A stretch of 64,000 bases of DNA from an uncultured delta proteobacterium. Lineage in GTDB: Bacteria > Myxococcota > Myxococcia > Myxococcales > Myxococcaceae. This document shows positions 20,904 through 31,158 of the stretch, in pieces. A model generated the notes under the pieces. That model did no database searches and had not been told where the DNA came from. It saw only the letters and a list, made by a program, of their open reading frames with translations. The DNA is taken from NCBI GenBank assembly GCA_963771175.1, contig CAVYSY010000038.1, positions 192,001 through 256,000 of the forward strand, written 5' to 3'. Every line of letters begins with the position of its first letter. Position 1 is the first letter of the stretch. A program made the translations under genes and the position numbers.

Positions 20904-22403
20904 TCAAGGCAGCAGGTTGGCCTTGTCGTTGATGGGCGACAGGTCGCCCGCGAAGTTGAGCAGATCCGTCATCTCGAACTCGCCCGCCTTGGCCGAGGGC
21001 AGCGTCGGCCGCCACTGCGGGTTGCTGGCCAGGAAGGAGCCGTTGTCCAGCTCGAGCATGCCCACGAAGACCTCGGACAGGATGCGGCTGCCCACGGGAC
21101 CGAGCCGCTTGCTGTCGCCGCGCTGCTCGGCCTCCTTGAGGATGTAGTACCAGAGCGGCGTCTCGACGTGCAGGCCGTGCTTCTCGGCCACCGCCCCATC
21201 GGGTCCCTTGGCGATGTCCTTGGGCGAGAGGGGCTCGATGCGCATGCGCCGCGCCACGTTCTGACCGGAGGGGAGCCCGAGGCTGCGCCCGCGCCGGAGG
21301 TTGGCGATGGGCAGGTTGACGCCGGGCAGGACCCCGTGGTCGGGAATCTCGGAGAGCGTCGGCGCGAGGAACGGGTCGAGCTTGCGGCTGAGGCCGGCCG
21401 TCACCCCATCGCCAGCGAACCGGAAGAACCGCCGCCAGTCGATGATCCAATCGCTGGGGATGGGCACGTTCTTGCCCGAGCGTCCGGAGAAGCGGAACAG
21501 GAGCTGGAGCGACGCCGGCACCCGCTTGCGAGGACTGTCCTTGAAGGTGAAGACCTCGTTGTAGTCGTACGCATCGCGCACCATGCTGTGCCCCAGGCGG
21601 TAGGCGGCGGCGGAGAACTCCACCGGGATGAAGGCATCCCCCTCCGGGAGGTAGAACGCCCGGCCCCGCTCCAGCACGTCGCCGAGCACCTTCTTGTCCA
21701 CCAACCGCGGCAGGAAGTCGTGCAGGACAATCCACTGGTAGTGCCAGATGACGAGCTTGCGCGCCTGCTCGAACAGGGTGGCCTGGGTCGCCGACGGGGG
21801 CGGCTTGAGGGTGCCGGCCTTGAGGCCCTCGACCACCTTGTTGTGGAAGCGGAGGAACGCCAGGTGGAGCTGGGCGACGATGAGGTTCTCGTCGTTGCGC
21901 GGGTCACCGATGATGGCCTGCGCCTGAGCGCCACGCGGCAGGTCGAAGGGGAGCGACGGCTTCACCTTCGGGTCGCCCGCGCCCGGGGCCGTGTTGGTGC
22001 TCCCGATGACGAAGAGCGCCTCGTTGGGAGGGAGCTGGTAGAGGTAGGGCTGATCGCCCGGTCCCCGGCCATAGACGCAGTCCAGGTCGAGTGCCGGTGT
22101 GCGGAAGTTGTGGAGCGCCAGCGGGTCGACCTGCACCTCCTGGATGGGCGTGGTGTCGAAGGTGATGTCGTGGTCGATGAACTGGCCGAGGTACGTGAAG
22201 CCCGCGGGGACGTCCTCGTTGTCACCCTTCGGGTCCGCGGGGATGGCGTCCTTCATCGCGCGGCCAAGGTCATCCAGGACCTCCACCGGCGGTAACAGCG
22301 GCTGGAGCGACGGAAAAATCCTCCCGAACTTCCCCGAGGGGACGAACTGCCCCAGCGGGGTCCCCTCCCCATTGCGAATCAAAATCCCATGAATTCCTGG
22401 CAT
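20904..22403 (-). CDS. Heme peroxidase of the peroxidase-cyclooxygenase (animal-type) superfamily
   Basis: YLGQFIDHDI distal motif, GDPRNDEN, EFSAAAYRLGHSMV proximal His, LGPVGSRI. Confidence 0.9.
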   Translation of the reverse strand: MPGIHGILIRNGEGTPLGQFVPSGKFGRIFPSLQPLLPPVEVLDDLGRAMKDAIPADPKGDNEDVPAGFTYLGQFIDHDITFDTTPIQEVQVDPLALHNFRTPALDLDCVYGRGPGDQPYLYQLPPNEALFVIGSTNTAPGAGDPKVKPSLPFDLPRGAQAQAIIGDPRNDENLIVAQLHLAFLRFHNKVVEGLKAGTLKPPPSATQATLFEQARKLVIWHYQWIVLHDFLPRLVDKKVLGDVLERGRAFYLPEGDAFIPVEFSAAAYRLGHSMVRDAYDYNEVFTFKDSPRKRVPASLQLLFRFSGRSGKNVPIPSDWIIDWRRFFRFAGDGVTAGLSRKLDPFLAPTLSEIPDHGVLPGVNLPIANLRRGRSLGLPSGQNVARRMRIEPLSPKDIAKGPDGAVAEKHGLHVETPLWYYILKEAEQRGDSKRLGPVGSRILSEVFVGMLELDNGSFLASNPQWRPTLPSAKAGEFEMTDLLNFAGDLSPINDKANLLP

Positions 22404-22604
22404 GGCTCTCCCTCGTGTAGGTGATGCATCGAGACAGACGTCACACATTGCGTCTGTGATCGCGGGCATGCCCCAGGGTGGGAAGCTCGGTGGGCTGGCA
22501 GCCACGCATCTCGAACGCGACCGCTAGATTTCAACGCGTGTAACGGGCCGCAATGCCCCGCGGGGCACCTGTCCGGAAGCACCCTCGACTCTCGGCCGGC
22601 GGGA

Positions 22605-23387
22605 CTACGTGTTGCTGGAGCCGCCGACCGCGCCGCGCCACGCCCGCCACCGCACGAGCGCGCAGCCCAGGGAGAGCCCGACGAGCGTGCCGGTGACGGT
22701 GGGCCAGAAGGCCCACCAGAGCTGCGCCTCCAACGCGCCCATGTCCTGGTAGCGCGCCAGCCGCAACGCGAGTCCCACGAAAGCCCCGGTGGCGGTGGGC
22801 AGCAGCATGCGAAGGAAGTCAGACCAGGAGCCCCCTCGCACGGGGGCCAGACTCGAATAGCGGCGCGCCATGTACCCGAGCACGATGAGCGAGCCCACGA
22901 GGGACGAGGCGTGCTGGAGGACACGGGCGAGCGGCAGCTCCCGGCTTCCGGCGAGAACACGCACCTCCGGGTAGAGGACGTCCGCGGGCCACATGCCGTG
23001 GTGGGTGAAACCATCCCAGAGGATGTGCGTGGCGGCCCCGAGCACGAGCGCCCCGGCGGCGACCCCCCAGGCGAGAGGCGTGCGCGGCAGGCCCCCGGTG
23101 CTGACGAAGCGGCCCCACTGCACACCGCCGACCTCGGGCAGGGCGAGGCGCAGCGCGGGCAGGACGAGCGCCTCCAGCCACACCAGTACCGCGAGGCCCA
23201 TGGGAACACAGAAGAGGACGAAACCGGGGACCGCATGCGAGAGGAGGCCCAGCCCTCGCACCGCGTACAAATAGGAGAGGTCGGGCGCACAGGCTCCGAC
23301 GACGAGCGCGGTGGGCAGCAACCCCCGGCGGAAGAGCCGGAAGAAGGGCAGCACCGCGGCGGCATGGGCAGGGAGGGTGACGGGCAT
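22605..23387 (-). CDS. DUF4184-family membrane protein
   Basis: MP.TLPAH.AAV, APDL, THILWDGFTH, LQHASS. Confidence 0.85.
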   Translation of the reverse strand: MPVTLPAHAAAVLPFFRLFRRGLLPTALVVGACAPDLSYLYAVRGLGLLSHAVPGFVLFCVPMGLAVLVWLEALVLPALRLALPEVGGVQWGRFVSTGGLPRTPLAWGVAAGALVLGAATHILWDGFTHHGMWPADVLYPEVRVLAGSRELPLARVLQHASSLVGSLIVLGYMARRYSSLAPVRGGSWSDFLRMLLPTATGAFVGLALRLARYQDMGALEAQLWWAFWPTVTGTLVGLSLGCALVRWRAWRGAVGGSSNT

Positions 23388-23450
23388 GGGTGTCCGCCCC
23401 CATGCGTAGTCACGATGCCGCCCGGGGCAACCCCCTCGGGTCACATCCCG

Positions 23451-26400
23451 TCAGGCCGCGTCGGCGTCCGTACGCGACACAGGGGCGGCCGAGTCGTCGG
23501 GCCTCCAGGGCCAGGCCCGCGGGGCGATGCGCGCGTAGAGCAGGAAGAGCGACTCTCCGTCGGCGTGCTCGCGACAGACGCGACTGGCCTCGCGCAGCAG
23601 CGGACCCGGCGACAGCTCCCGGCCAGACTCGCGTAGCAGGGATCGCAGCGCCTCCGGCACGGCCTCGAAGATGCCATCCTTGTTGAGCCGCCCGTCGTTG
23701 GCCTCCGCGCACGACTCCAGGTGGCGCACCAGCTCGGCCTTCAGCCGCGCGTCGTACCCGAAGACGTACGAGCACATCTGGAACAGCTCCGAGCCCGCCT
23801 CCGTCATCAGGTCCGACTGCTCGCGCGCGAAGCCCGGCTCGCCCGCGGCCCGCCACAGGCAGTCCCACCGCGACTGCGAGGCATGGCGTGCGTACAGCGC
23901 CCGCGCCGTGAGGTAGCTCTGCATCGAGTCGTGGAAGAAGCGCACGTGCGTGGGCACCGGGCCGGGCCGCGCGTCCGCCGGCACCAGCAGCCCCGCGTCC
24001 AGCAGCACCCGCAGCTTCGCCTCGTCCGGGCTGTCCCGGAAGATGATGAGCCGGCTGCGGTGCTCCCAGTAGCTGCCCAGGCACAGCGTCTCCGCGAAGG
24101 TCAGCAGCTCCGAGGTGGCCTCGTCGTCCGGGGCCTTCTTCAGCAGCCCCGCGAACACGGCACGGTAGAGGTTGATGACGCTGTCCACGTCGCTCCCGCC
24201 GAAGCGCAGCGCCAGTCGCACGAGGATGGGCACGTAGGTCGCGTCCGCCACTCGCCCCCGACAGATGCGCTTGAGTGACTCGGAGAGCGGCACGGGCTTC
24301 CCGTCGGCGCCCGGGTACGCGGCCTGGAAGCGCACCAGCCCCGCCTCGTCCAGCCGCTTCGGCTCCACCCCCATCCAGCGCAGCGAATGCTCCATCGCCG
24401 TCCGGTACGCCTCGTTGGGCCGGGCCGACAGCAGCAGCGGCGCGTGCAGCCCCATCTCGCGCTCCAGGTAGCGGCGCAGCGCCTCGGGCTCCACCCTCGA
24501 CTCGGTGAGGCCGTCCAGCACGAGGAAGAAGTCCCCCGACTCCAGCAGCGCGTCCCGCAGCGCCTCCGGCAGCCCGAGGTCCTTCAGCGATTCCTTCGCG
24601 GCGGACTCCAGGTCCTCGGCCGCCGGATCGATGAAGACGGGCAGCGGCGAGGAGGGCTGCTTCTCGAAGCGCTCCAGCGACAACCGGACGAGCTGCCGCA
24701 GCAGGGCGCTCTTCCCCCGGCCTCCCGCGCACTGGATGAGCAGGTGCGCGCGCTCGCGCGTGAGCAGCGTGGCCAGCTCCTCGGCGGTGCGCTCGGAGGG
24801 CGAGGGCGGCACCCCGGGCCCGGCGTACTCGGTGACGTGCGAGGACAGCTCCACGTACACCTCGTCGTTGGCGCGGGCCGAGGCCACCTCCACCCGGCGG
24901 CGCACCTGCCGGACATAGGAGGCGAAGAAGCGGCGCCGGAAGGCGGGCCAGCGCAGCAGCGGCGCGGCGGCCCAGGAGAACGGATGGGTGAAGACGAGCC
25001 GGCGGAACACGCTCGGAGACAGCAGCCCCAGGCCCGCGCACAGCACCAACTCGGCACCCACCACGGCCATCAGGGAGGGCACGTGGATGCGCAGGCCACC
25101 CAGCAACCCGAGCACCTCGCCGCCACCCGCGCCCACGACGGAGGCGACGTAGCCGAGGAGCGGCAACCACTTGCGGGGAGCGGCGGTGGGGCGCAGCAGC
25201 AACATGGGCAGCAGGAGCAGCAGCGTCACCGCGAGGCACGCCAGCGCGGTGCGCACCCAGACGCGGTCGAGCAGCGGCATGCCGAAGGGCACGTGCCGGA
25301 AGGTGGCGGTGAGGCGGGTGCCATTCTCCACCTCGTGCGCCAACACGGCCCGGTAGAGGCGCTCCGCGTCTCCCGGGGGCTCCGTCCACTGGAAGAGTGG
25401 GCCGGCCGGCACCCCGAGGCGCCGAAGCCCCTGCCCGGCCAGCGCGTCTCCGTCCTCCGCGCGCAACTCGAGCCGCAGCGAGCGCCCGAGCTCCGTGGCA
25501 TGTGCGAGCCCGGGCCAGTCGAGCTCCAGGGACTCCAGCGGCAGGCCCGCCTCGAGCTTGCCCGCCATGTGGACCTTTCCGCTCGCGTCGCGCTCGAGGC
25601 GGGCGCCCCCCGCGAAGCCCACGCCCATGCGCCCCACATCCGAGGCCGGTCCGTAGATGTAGCTGCGCGGCTCGCCGGCAATCCACACGCGCCCGGTGCC
25701 CTGGATGGGGAGCACGTCGCGCATCCCCGCGCCCTCGAGCACCAACTGTGCACTCGGCCCGTCTGGCGTGAGCACGAGCCGATGCAGGGCCGTGCCACCG
25801 TCCAACAGCAGCCACCCATCCTTCTCGCTCCAGGCCTTCAGCAGTGGGGCGCCAGAGCCCATCGGCAGCGGGGCGCTTGCCGTGATGGCGTTGCCCTTCA
25901 CGGACAGCAGGCGGACCTCGCCAGCCTCCGTCACCGCCCACGCGTGCTCCGCGGAGAGCGGCAGGAGCCACGCGCCGCCGAACCCCTGCGCGCTACGCGC
26001 CACCTCGTTCCCGTCATCCCCCAGGAGGTAGACGCGCCCATCGCCGATGCTCCACACGTCGCCGTCCGGCGAGCGCCACAGCGACGGTATCCCCTCCACC
26101 GCCAGCCCCGTGCCCACCGTCTTCTCATCGCGCCCCACCAGCCGCACCTCGCTCCGGGAGGACGACGCAGTCCCCCGCCAGCACGGCCCAGACCCGGTCC
26201 GCATCGCGATGGGCGAAGATGCCCCGGACGCCAGCCCCCCCGAACATCACGCGCTTGGCGCTCTTCGCTCCGTCGCGGCTGACGAGCAGGAGCTGGACGG
26301 GCATCCCGGGCTGAGCCGCGAACACCCAGATGCTCTGGGGCCGCCGGGTGGGGAGGAGGCAGCATGTCGCGCATCTCGAGCAGGCGCCGGCTGAGTGGGC

Positions 26401-27107
26401 GAGCGTTCGTCCAGGTCCACGAAGTGGAGGCCCTGGTCCAGCACCAGCCAGCCCTGGCGCCCCTCCGCCACGGGCATCACCGTGCGCGCGGTGGTCCACC
26501 AGAGGCTGGAGGTCACCTTCAAGCCTTGACCCGAAGGAGACAGCGAGACGACCTCCACCCGGCCCGTGGCATCGATGACCCGGAGCTGGGAGTCGAACTC
26601 GGACAAGGCCCAGAGCCGCTCGCGCCCCGCTGTGGGGGTGAGCGCCAGCTCGAAGGCCCCCTCGTCCAACAGGCCCCGGGCGGTGCCTTGATGGTCCACC
26701 AGGAACACCTGGCTGCGCACCTTGGCCGAAGGCGAGAACACCTGAACCTGAACCCAGGCACGCTCGGGGTCCGCCGTGGGCACCACGTGCAGGATGGCTC
26801 CGCCCGTCTTGTCGCCGAAGCTCACGGAGGTGAGCTCACGGCCCTCCGCGTCCACGAGCCTGAGCCCGACCCGACCCGGCGTCCACACCCAGGCATGGTG
26901 GCCATGCCCGCACGGCACGATCTCACTGCCTCGCGCGATGGGCTTCAGCCAGTACCCCTCGACCTCGGCCTCGACGGGTGGAGGCGGGGCCTCGCTCTGG
27001 GCACGGGCGGCCACGCTCGCGAGCAGCAGGAGCACGGCGCTCGCGAGGAGCGGCCCCTGGGGAAACAGGCTCCGCCGGAAAGACCGGGCACGGGAGGAAG
27101 TCGTCAT
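23451..27107 (-). CDS. Large membrane protein: signal peptide + beta-propeller-like repeats + TM helices + NACHT/STAND-like NTPase (2-3 apparent frameshifts at 26150-26400)
   Basis: Joined from ORFs 26247..27281, 26125..26499 and 23451..26204; Walker A AGGRGKS, Walker B FLVLDGLTE, LLLSARP, FFHDSMQSY. Confidence 0.7.
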
Positions 27108-27198
27108 GGCGAGCGGACGTCCGGGGGCAACGAGGAGCCCGGGCGCCGGTGCATTGTGGCACAGGAGCCCCCGCTTCAGAGCCCCCCCGGGCCGCGAC

Positions 27199-27658
27199 TC
27201 ACCCGCGCGTCTTGAGCAGCCGGGTAAGCTCGCGGTCGAGGCTGGCGGCGAACTGCTGGCGGTCCTGGTTGGAGAAGCCACTGGGGCCGCCGGTGTTCAC
27301 CCCGCTGTCGCGCAGCTCCTGCATGAAGTTCCGCACCGAGAGACGCTCGGAGATGTTCTCCTCGCTGAAGAGCTCCCCGCGCGGGTCGAGCACCACCACG
27401 CCCTTGGGGACGAGCAGCGCGGCGAGCGGGATGTCCTGGGTGACGGCGAGGTCCCCGGTCTGGGCCGAGGCGGCGATGTGCCGGTCCGCCACGTCGAGCC
27501 CGGAGCCCACCTGCACCGTGGAGACGAGCTCCGAGCGAGGCAGGGTGAGGCGCTTGTTGGCCACGAAGACGATGGGGACCTGCAAGCGCTGCGAGGCGCG
27601 CAGGAGGATGTCCCGCACCGGCACCCGGACACGCATCGGCGTCGATCCAGATTCGCAT
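27199..27658 (-). CDS. yaiI: YaiI/YqxD (UPF0178) family protein, frameshift near 27625
   Basis: MRIWIDADACP then PVRDIL..VAN..VADRHI..VTQDIPLA..DPRGELF. Confidence 0.9.
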
Positions 27659-27664
27659 GTGGGC

Positions 27665-28108
27665 TCAGCCCTCGGTGTTGCGCAGGAAGTCGGCGACGTC
27701 GGCGAAGCGCTTGTCGAGGAACACACGCACCGAGCCCTTCACGCCCCGGGCATCCATCGCCCGGCTCATGCTGCGCACCCAGGCATCGCGCATGGCGATG
27801 TCCACGGGAACGTGTCCGTGGCGCATGCGCAGGCGCGGGTGGCCGTGCTTCTCCATGTAGTGCTGGGGTCCGCCCAGCCAGGCGATGAGGAAGAGGCCGA
27901 AGCGCTCACGCATGCCGCGCGACACCCTGCCCTGCTCATCCAGCTCATGCAGGCGGGCGAGCGCCGGCTCGTGCGCATCCATGGCGTCATAGAAGGCCTC
28001 GGCGAGGGCTCGCACGCCCTCCTCCCCACCCAGACGGTGGAAGGGCATGTCCTCCATGGTGGGGTACCAGTCGTCATCGCTGGGAACGTTCAGCCCGATG
28101 GGCTTCAT
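27665..28108 (-). CDS. Group II truncated hemoglobin
   Basis: LGGEEGV..L...FYD.M, WLGGPQHY...GHPRLRMRH, RDAW. Confidence 0.92.
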   Translation of the reverse strand: MKPIGLNVPSDDDWYPTMEDMPFHRLGGEEGVRALAEAFYDAMDAHEPALARLHELDEQGRVSRGMRERFGLFLIAWLGGPQHYMEKHGHPRLRMRHGHVPVDIAMRDAWVRSMSRAMDARGVKGSVRVFLDKRFADVADFLRNTEG

Positions 28109-28193
28109 TCCCGGTGGACATAGCGGTATTCAACCCGGTGCGGGGAGACACATTCTCCTCGCACAGCGCGCGCGGCGGGGAAAGCCCTTCGTC

Positions 28194-29086
28194 TCACGCC
28201 GCCCAGCGCTTGGGGCGCGTCTTCATCGTGGTGAGCCCCAGCGAGTCGCACAGCGCCAGGAAAGGCTCGCGAGGCACACCCGCCCAGGCGAGGTCCTCGA
28301 GGGACTCGGCCCAGGGGCACGTCCGTCACCAGCGTGGCGAGCTTGCGGTAGAGCAGCGCGTCCTCGCGGTGCTCGCGCAGGGTGGCCGCGAGCTTGTCCG
28401 CGCCGCGCGGGCGCACCGTCCAGTCGAGGCCGGGTCGTCGGGAATGGCCTCCAGGTGGCCGTAGGCGCCGAGCAGCGCCGACGCGCTCTTCTCGCCGAAG
28501 CCGGGCAGCCCCGGGATGCCGTCCGCGTCGTCGCCCACCAGCGCGAGCAGGTCCGGCACGCTCGCCGGGCGCGACGCCGCGCTGCGCGCGCACCGCGTCC
28601 TCGTCGAGCACCTTCTCGCTGCCTGCGGTCCACCTGCACCACGCGCTCGCCCGCGCACGCACTGCCCGAGGTCCTTGTCCGGCGTGAGGATCCGCACCTG
28701 CTCGACCTGGCCCGGCCCAGCGCGCGGCGGCGGTGGCCAGCGCGTCGTCGGCCTCGTAGCTCCTTCATCGACCAGACCGTGACGCCCGAGCGCGCGCACC
28801 GCCTCCTCGACCAGGTCGAACTGCGCGAGCAGCTCGGGCGGCACGCCCTCGTCGGTCTTGTAGCCGGCGAAGAGGTCGTTGCGGAACGAGCGGATGGGGT
28901 TGTCGAAGGCGACGCGCGACGTGGCGTCACCGCCTCCGTCGGCGTCGTGCAGCAGCGCGAGCAGCGAGCGACACGAGCCCCACCGTGGCCTTCACGTCCC
29001 GACCGTCCGGCGCGGTGTGAGCCGGGGCGGGGCGAGAAGTGGGCGCGGAAGAGCTCGTAGGTACCGTCGACGAGGTGCAGGCGCAT
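28194..29086 (-). CDS. Standalone 5'-3' exonuclease / flap endonuclease (PolI N-terminal-like), multiple frameshifts
   Basis: LHLVDGTYELFRAHF, PDKDLGQCV, LVGDDADGIPGLPGFGEKSA (H3TH), LYRKLATL spread over several frames. Confidence 0.85.
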
Positions 29087-29101
29087 GGGGCCCTGTCTAA
29101 C

Positions 29102-29569
29102 TCAATTCCGGCGGTAGCGGACCACGGTGACCTCGATGTCCGCGCCCTCCGCCTCCAGCGAGGACACCATCACCGCGAGCGCCCGCGCCTCGTCGAAGCC
29201 ACCGCTGCCCGAGCCGATGACGGGAAACGCCACGGAGCGGAAGCCGTGCTCCCGCGCCCGCGCGAGCGCATTGGCCACCGAGTCCCGGATGGAGCGCTCG
29301 GACGAGCGCCAGAGCATGTTGATGCCGGCCACGTGGATGATGCCCTGGTAGGGCAGCCGGCCCGCGGAGGTGACCACCGCCGAGCCGAGTGGCATCGGCC
29401 CCACGCGCGCCAGCTCGCGGAAGGGCTGGAGCCCGCCCCGCTTCTTGATGGCACCCGATACGCCCTGCGGCAGCAACAACCACCACGGGATGATGTTCCG
29501 GTTCCAGGCGTTGACGATGGCGTCGACCCGCTGCTCCAGCAGGTCTCCCTCGACGATGTGCGGCGTCAT
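29102..29569 (-). CDS. Macro domain (ADP-ribose binding/hydrolase) protein
   Basis: VEGDLL..VDAIVNA.N, GVSGAI, IIHVAG, SVAFP.IGSGSGG. Confidence 0.9.
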   Translation of the reverse strand: MTPHIVEGDLLEQRVDAIVNAWNRNIIPWWLLLPQGVSGAIKKRGGLQPFRELARVGPMPLGSAVVTSAGRLPYQGIIHVAGINMLWRSSERSIRDSVANALARAREHGFRSVAFPVIGSGSGGFDEARALAVMVSSLEAEGADIEVTVVRYRRN

Positions 29570-29706
29570 GGTGGGCTCCAACCTCCACCAGTCAACGCGA
29601 GCGGCGAGGACCTGTCGAGCCTCCCTCCTTGACTGGGCGAGTGGCACCTGGGCCCTCGACCGGCGGTAGCAGGCTCCTCGCGCATGGAAGCTTGTAGAGT
29701 GCGCCC

Positions 29707-30495
29707 ATGCGCCCACTGCTCATCCTGACGGCCCTGCTCGCCGCGACGTCCTCGGTAGCCCAGTCCGCGCCCGAGGCGCCCAAGTCCATGCTCCTCGTCT
29801 GGGGCGGAGGCAAGACGCCCCAGGAGGCCGAGGCCGCCGCGAAGGACTACCGCGAGCGCGCCGGCGACTGGAAACAGGTGCTGACGCTCGCCGAGGGCTA
29901 CCCGCGCATCCTCGAGAGCGACACCGTCCCCGGCCTCAAGCCCGGCTTCCACGTGGTGGTGCTCGGCGTGTGCGAGCCCAAGGAGGGCGCCACCCTCGAG
30001 GCCGCCTTCGACGCCCTGGAGCCCCGCACCTACAGCCGCGAGGTGTCCTGGCCCGAGAAGGGCAAGCTGCCCTGCCCGCAGCTCGCCTATTACTGGTCCT
30101 TCGAGAACTCGGTGCGGGCCAAGAGCAAGCAGGGCGACCTCCTCGCCGCCTTCTTCAGCGCCTCCGAAGCCGAGGGCGACTTCGAGATGCACGGCTGGCA
30201 CGTGGTGTTCACCGCGTTCGACAAGCAGGGCAAGCGGCTCGGCACGCGCACGGAGTCCTCCGGCACCACGTACTCCGACCTCCAGCAACTGGAGGCCAAG
30301 GGGGCCCGGCTGCTGATGAAGGAGCGCAAGCTGGACCCGCCATGCCATGGCGCGCCGAGCTTCGAGGTGGTCGAGCGCACCTGGAGCGCGCGCCTCGACG
30401 GGGAGGCCATCGTCATCGACAGCGGCACCACGAAGAGCGTGGAGTCGGGCTCCTGCTCGTACCCGGAGCTCGGGGCTCCCCCCGAGGGAGACTGA
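29707..30495 (+). CDS. Secreted hypothetical protein
   Basis: Signal peptide (SVA-Q), strong GC3 codon bias, 'VPGLKPGFHVVVLGVC' motif. Confidence 0.65.
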   Translation: MRPLLILTALLAATSSVAQSAPEAPKSMLLVWGGGKTPQEAEAAAKDYRERAGDWKQVLTLAEGYPRILESDTVPGLKPGFHVVVLGVCEPKEGATLEAAFDALEPRTYSREVSWPEKGKLPCPQLAYYWSFENSVRAKSKQGDLLAAFFSASEAEGDFEMHGWHVVFTAFDKQGKRLGTRTESSGTTYSDLQQLEAKGARLLMKERKLDPPCHGAPSFEVVERTWSARLDGEAIVIDSGTTKSVESGSCSYPELGAPPEGD

Positions 30496-30573
30496 GCCCC
30501 GGAAGGCACCACTTCGCCTCGAGGGCGCTCGCACGCGCCGCCGCCGCTGTCGTTAGCCTCCCCGGTGCACGCC

Positions 30574-31158
30574 ATGTCCTTGGACACCCCACCCGTCCTG
30601 CTCACCACTCCGCGCCTGAACCTGACCCTGCTGCCTCCGGACGCCGCCGCGCGCGTGCTGGCCTACCATCGGGCCAACCGCGAGCACCTCGGCCCCGTCT
30701 CGCCCTCGCGCCCCGACAACTTCTTCACCGTCACCTGGTGGCGCTCGCGGCTGGCGCAGGACGCCGAGGACTGGCGGCGAGGCCTCGCCCTGCGCCTCTT
30801 CCTGCTGTCGCGCGAGGCCCCCCTCACCTCCGCCCCGGTGCTCGGCAGCGTGTCCCTCACCGACATCCGCCGCGGGCCCCTGCAGTCCGCCGAGCTGGGC
30901 TTCGGGCTGGACCACCGCGCCCAGGGCCAGGGGTACATGACCGAGGCCGTGCGCGCCTTGTGTGACCATGCCTTCGGGCCCCTGGGGCTGCACCGTATCC
31001 AGGCCAACCACCTGCCGGAGAACCACCGGAGCGCCGCCGTGATGCGCCGCCTGGGCTTCGCCGTCGAGGGCCTCGCGCGCGAGCTCGTCCTCATCGACGG
31101 CCGCTGGCGCGACCACGTCCTCACGGCGCTGCTGGCGCCTCGGCCACCGGAAGAGTGA
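30574..31158 (+). CDS. RimJ/RimL-type GNAT N-acetyltransferase
   Basis: [44 protein letters not shown]. Confidence 0.9.
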   Translation: MSLDTPPVLLTTPRLNLTLLPPDAAARVLAYHRANREHLGPVSPSRPDNFFTVTWWRSRLAQDAEDWRRGLALRLFLLSREAPLTSAPVLGSVSLTDIRRGPLQSAELGFGLDHRAQGQGYMTEAVRALCDHAFGPLGLHRIQANHLPENHRSAAVMRRLGFAVEGLARELVLIDGRWRDHVLTALLAPRPPEE

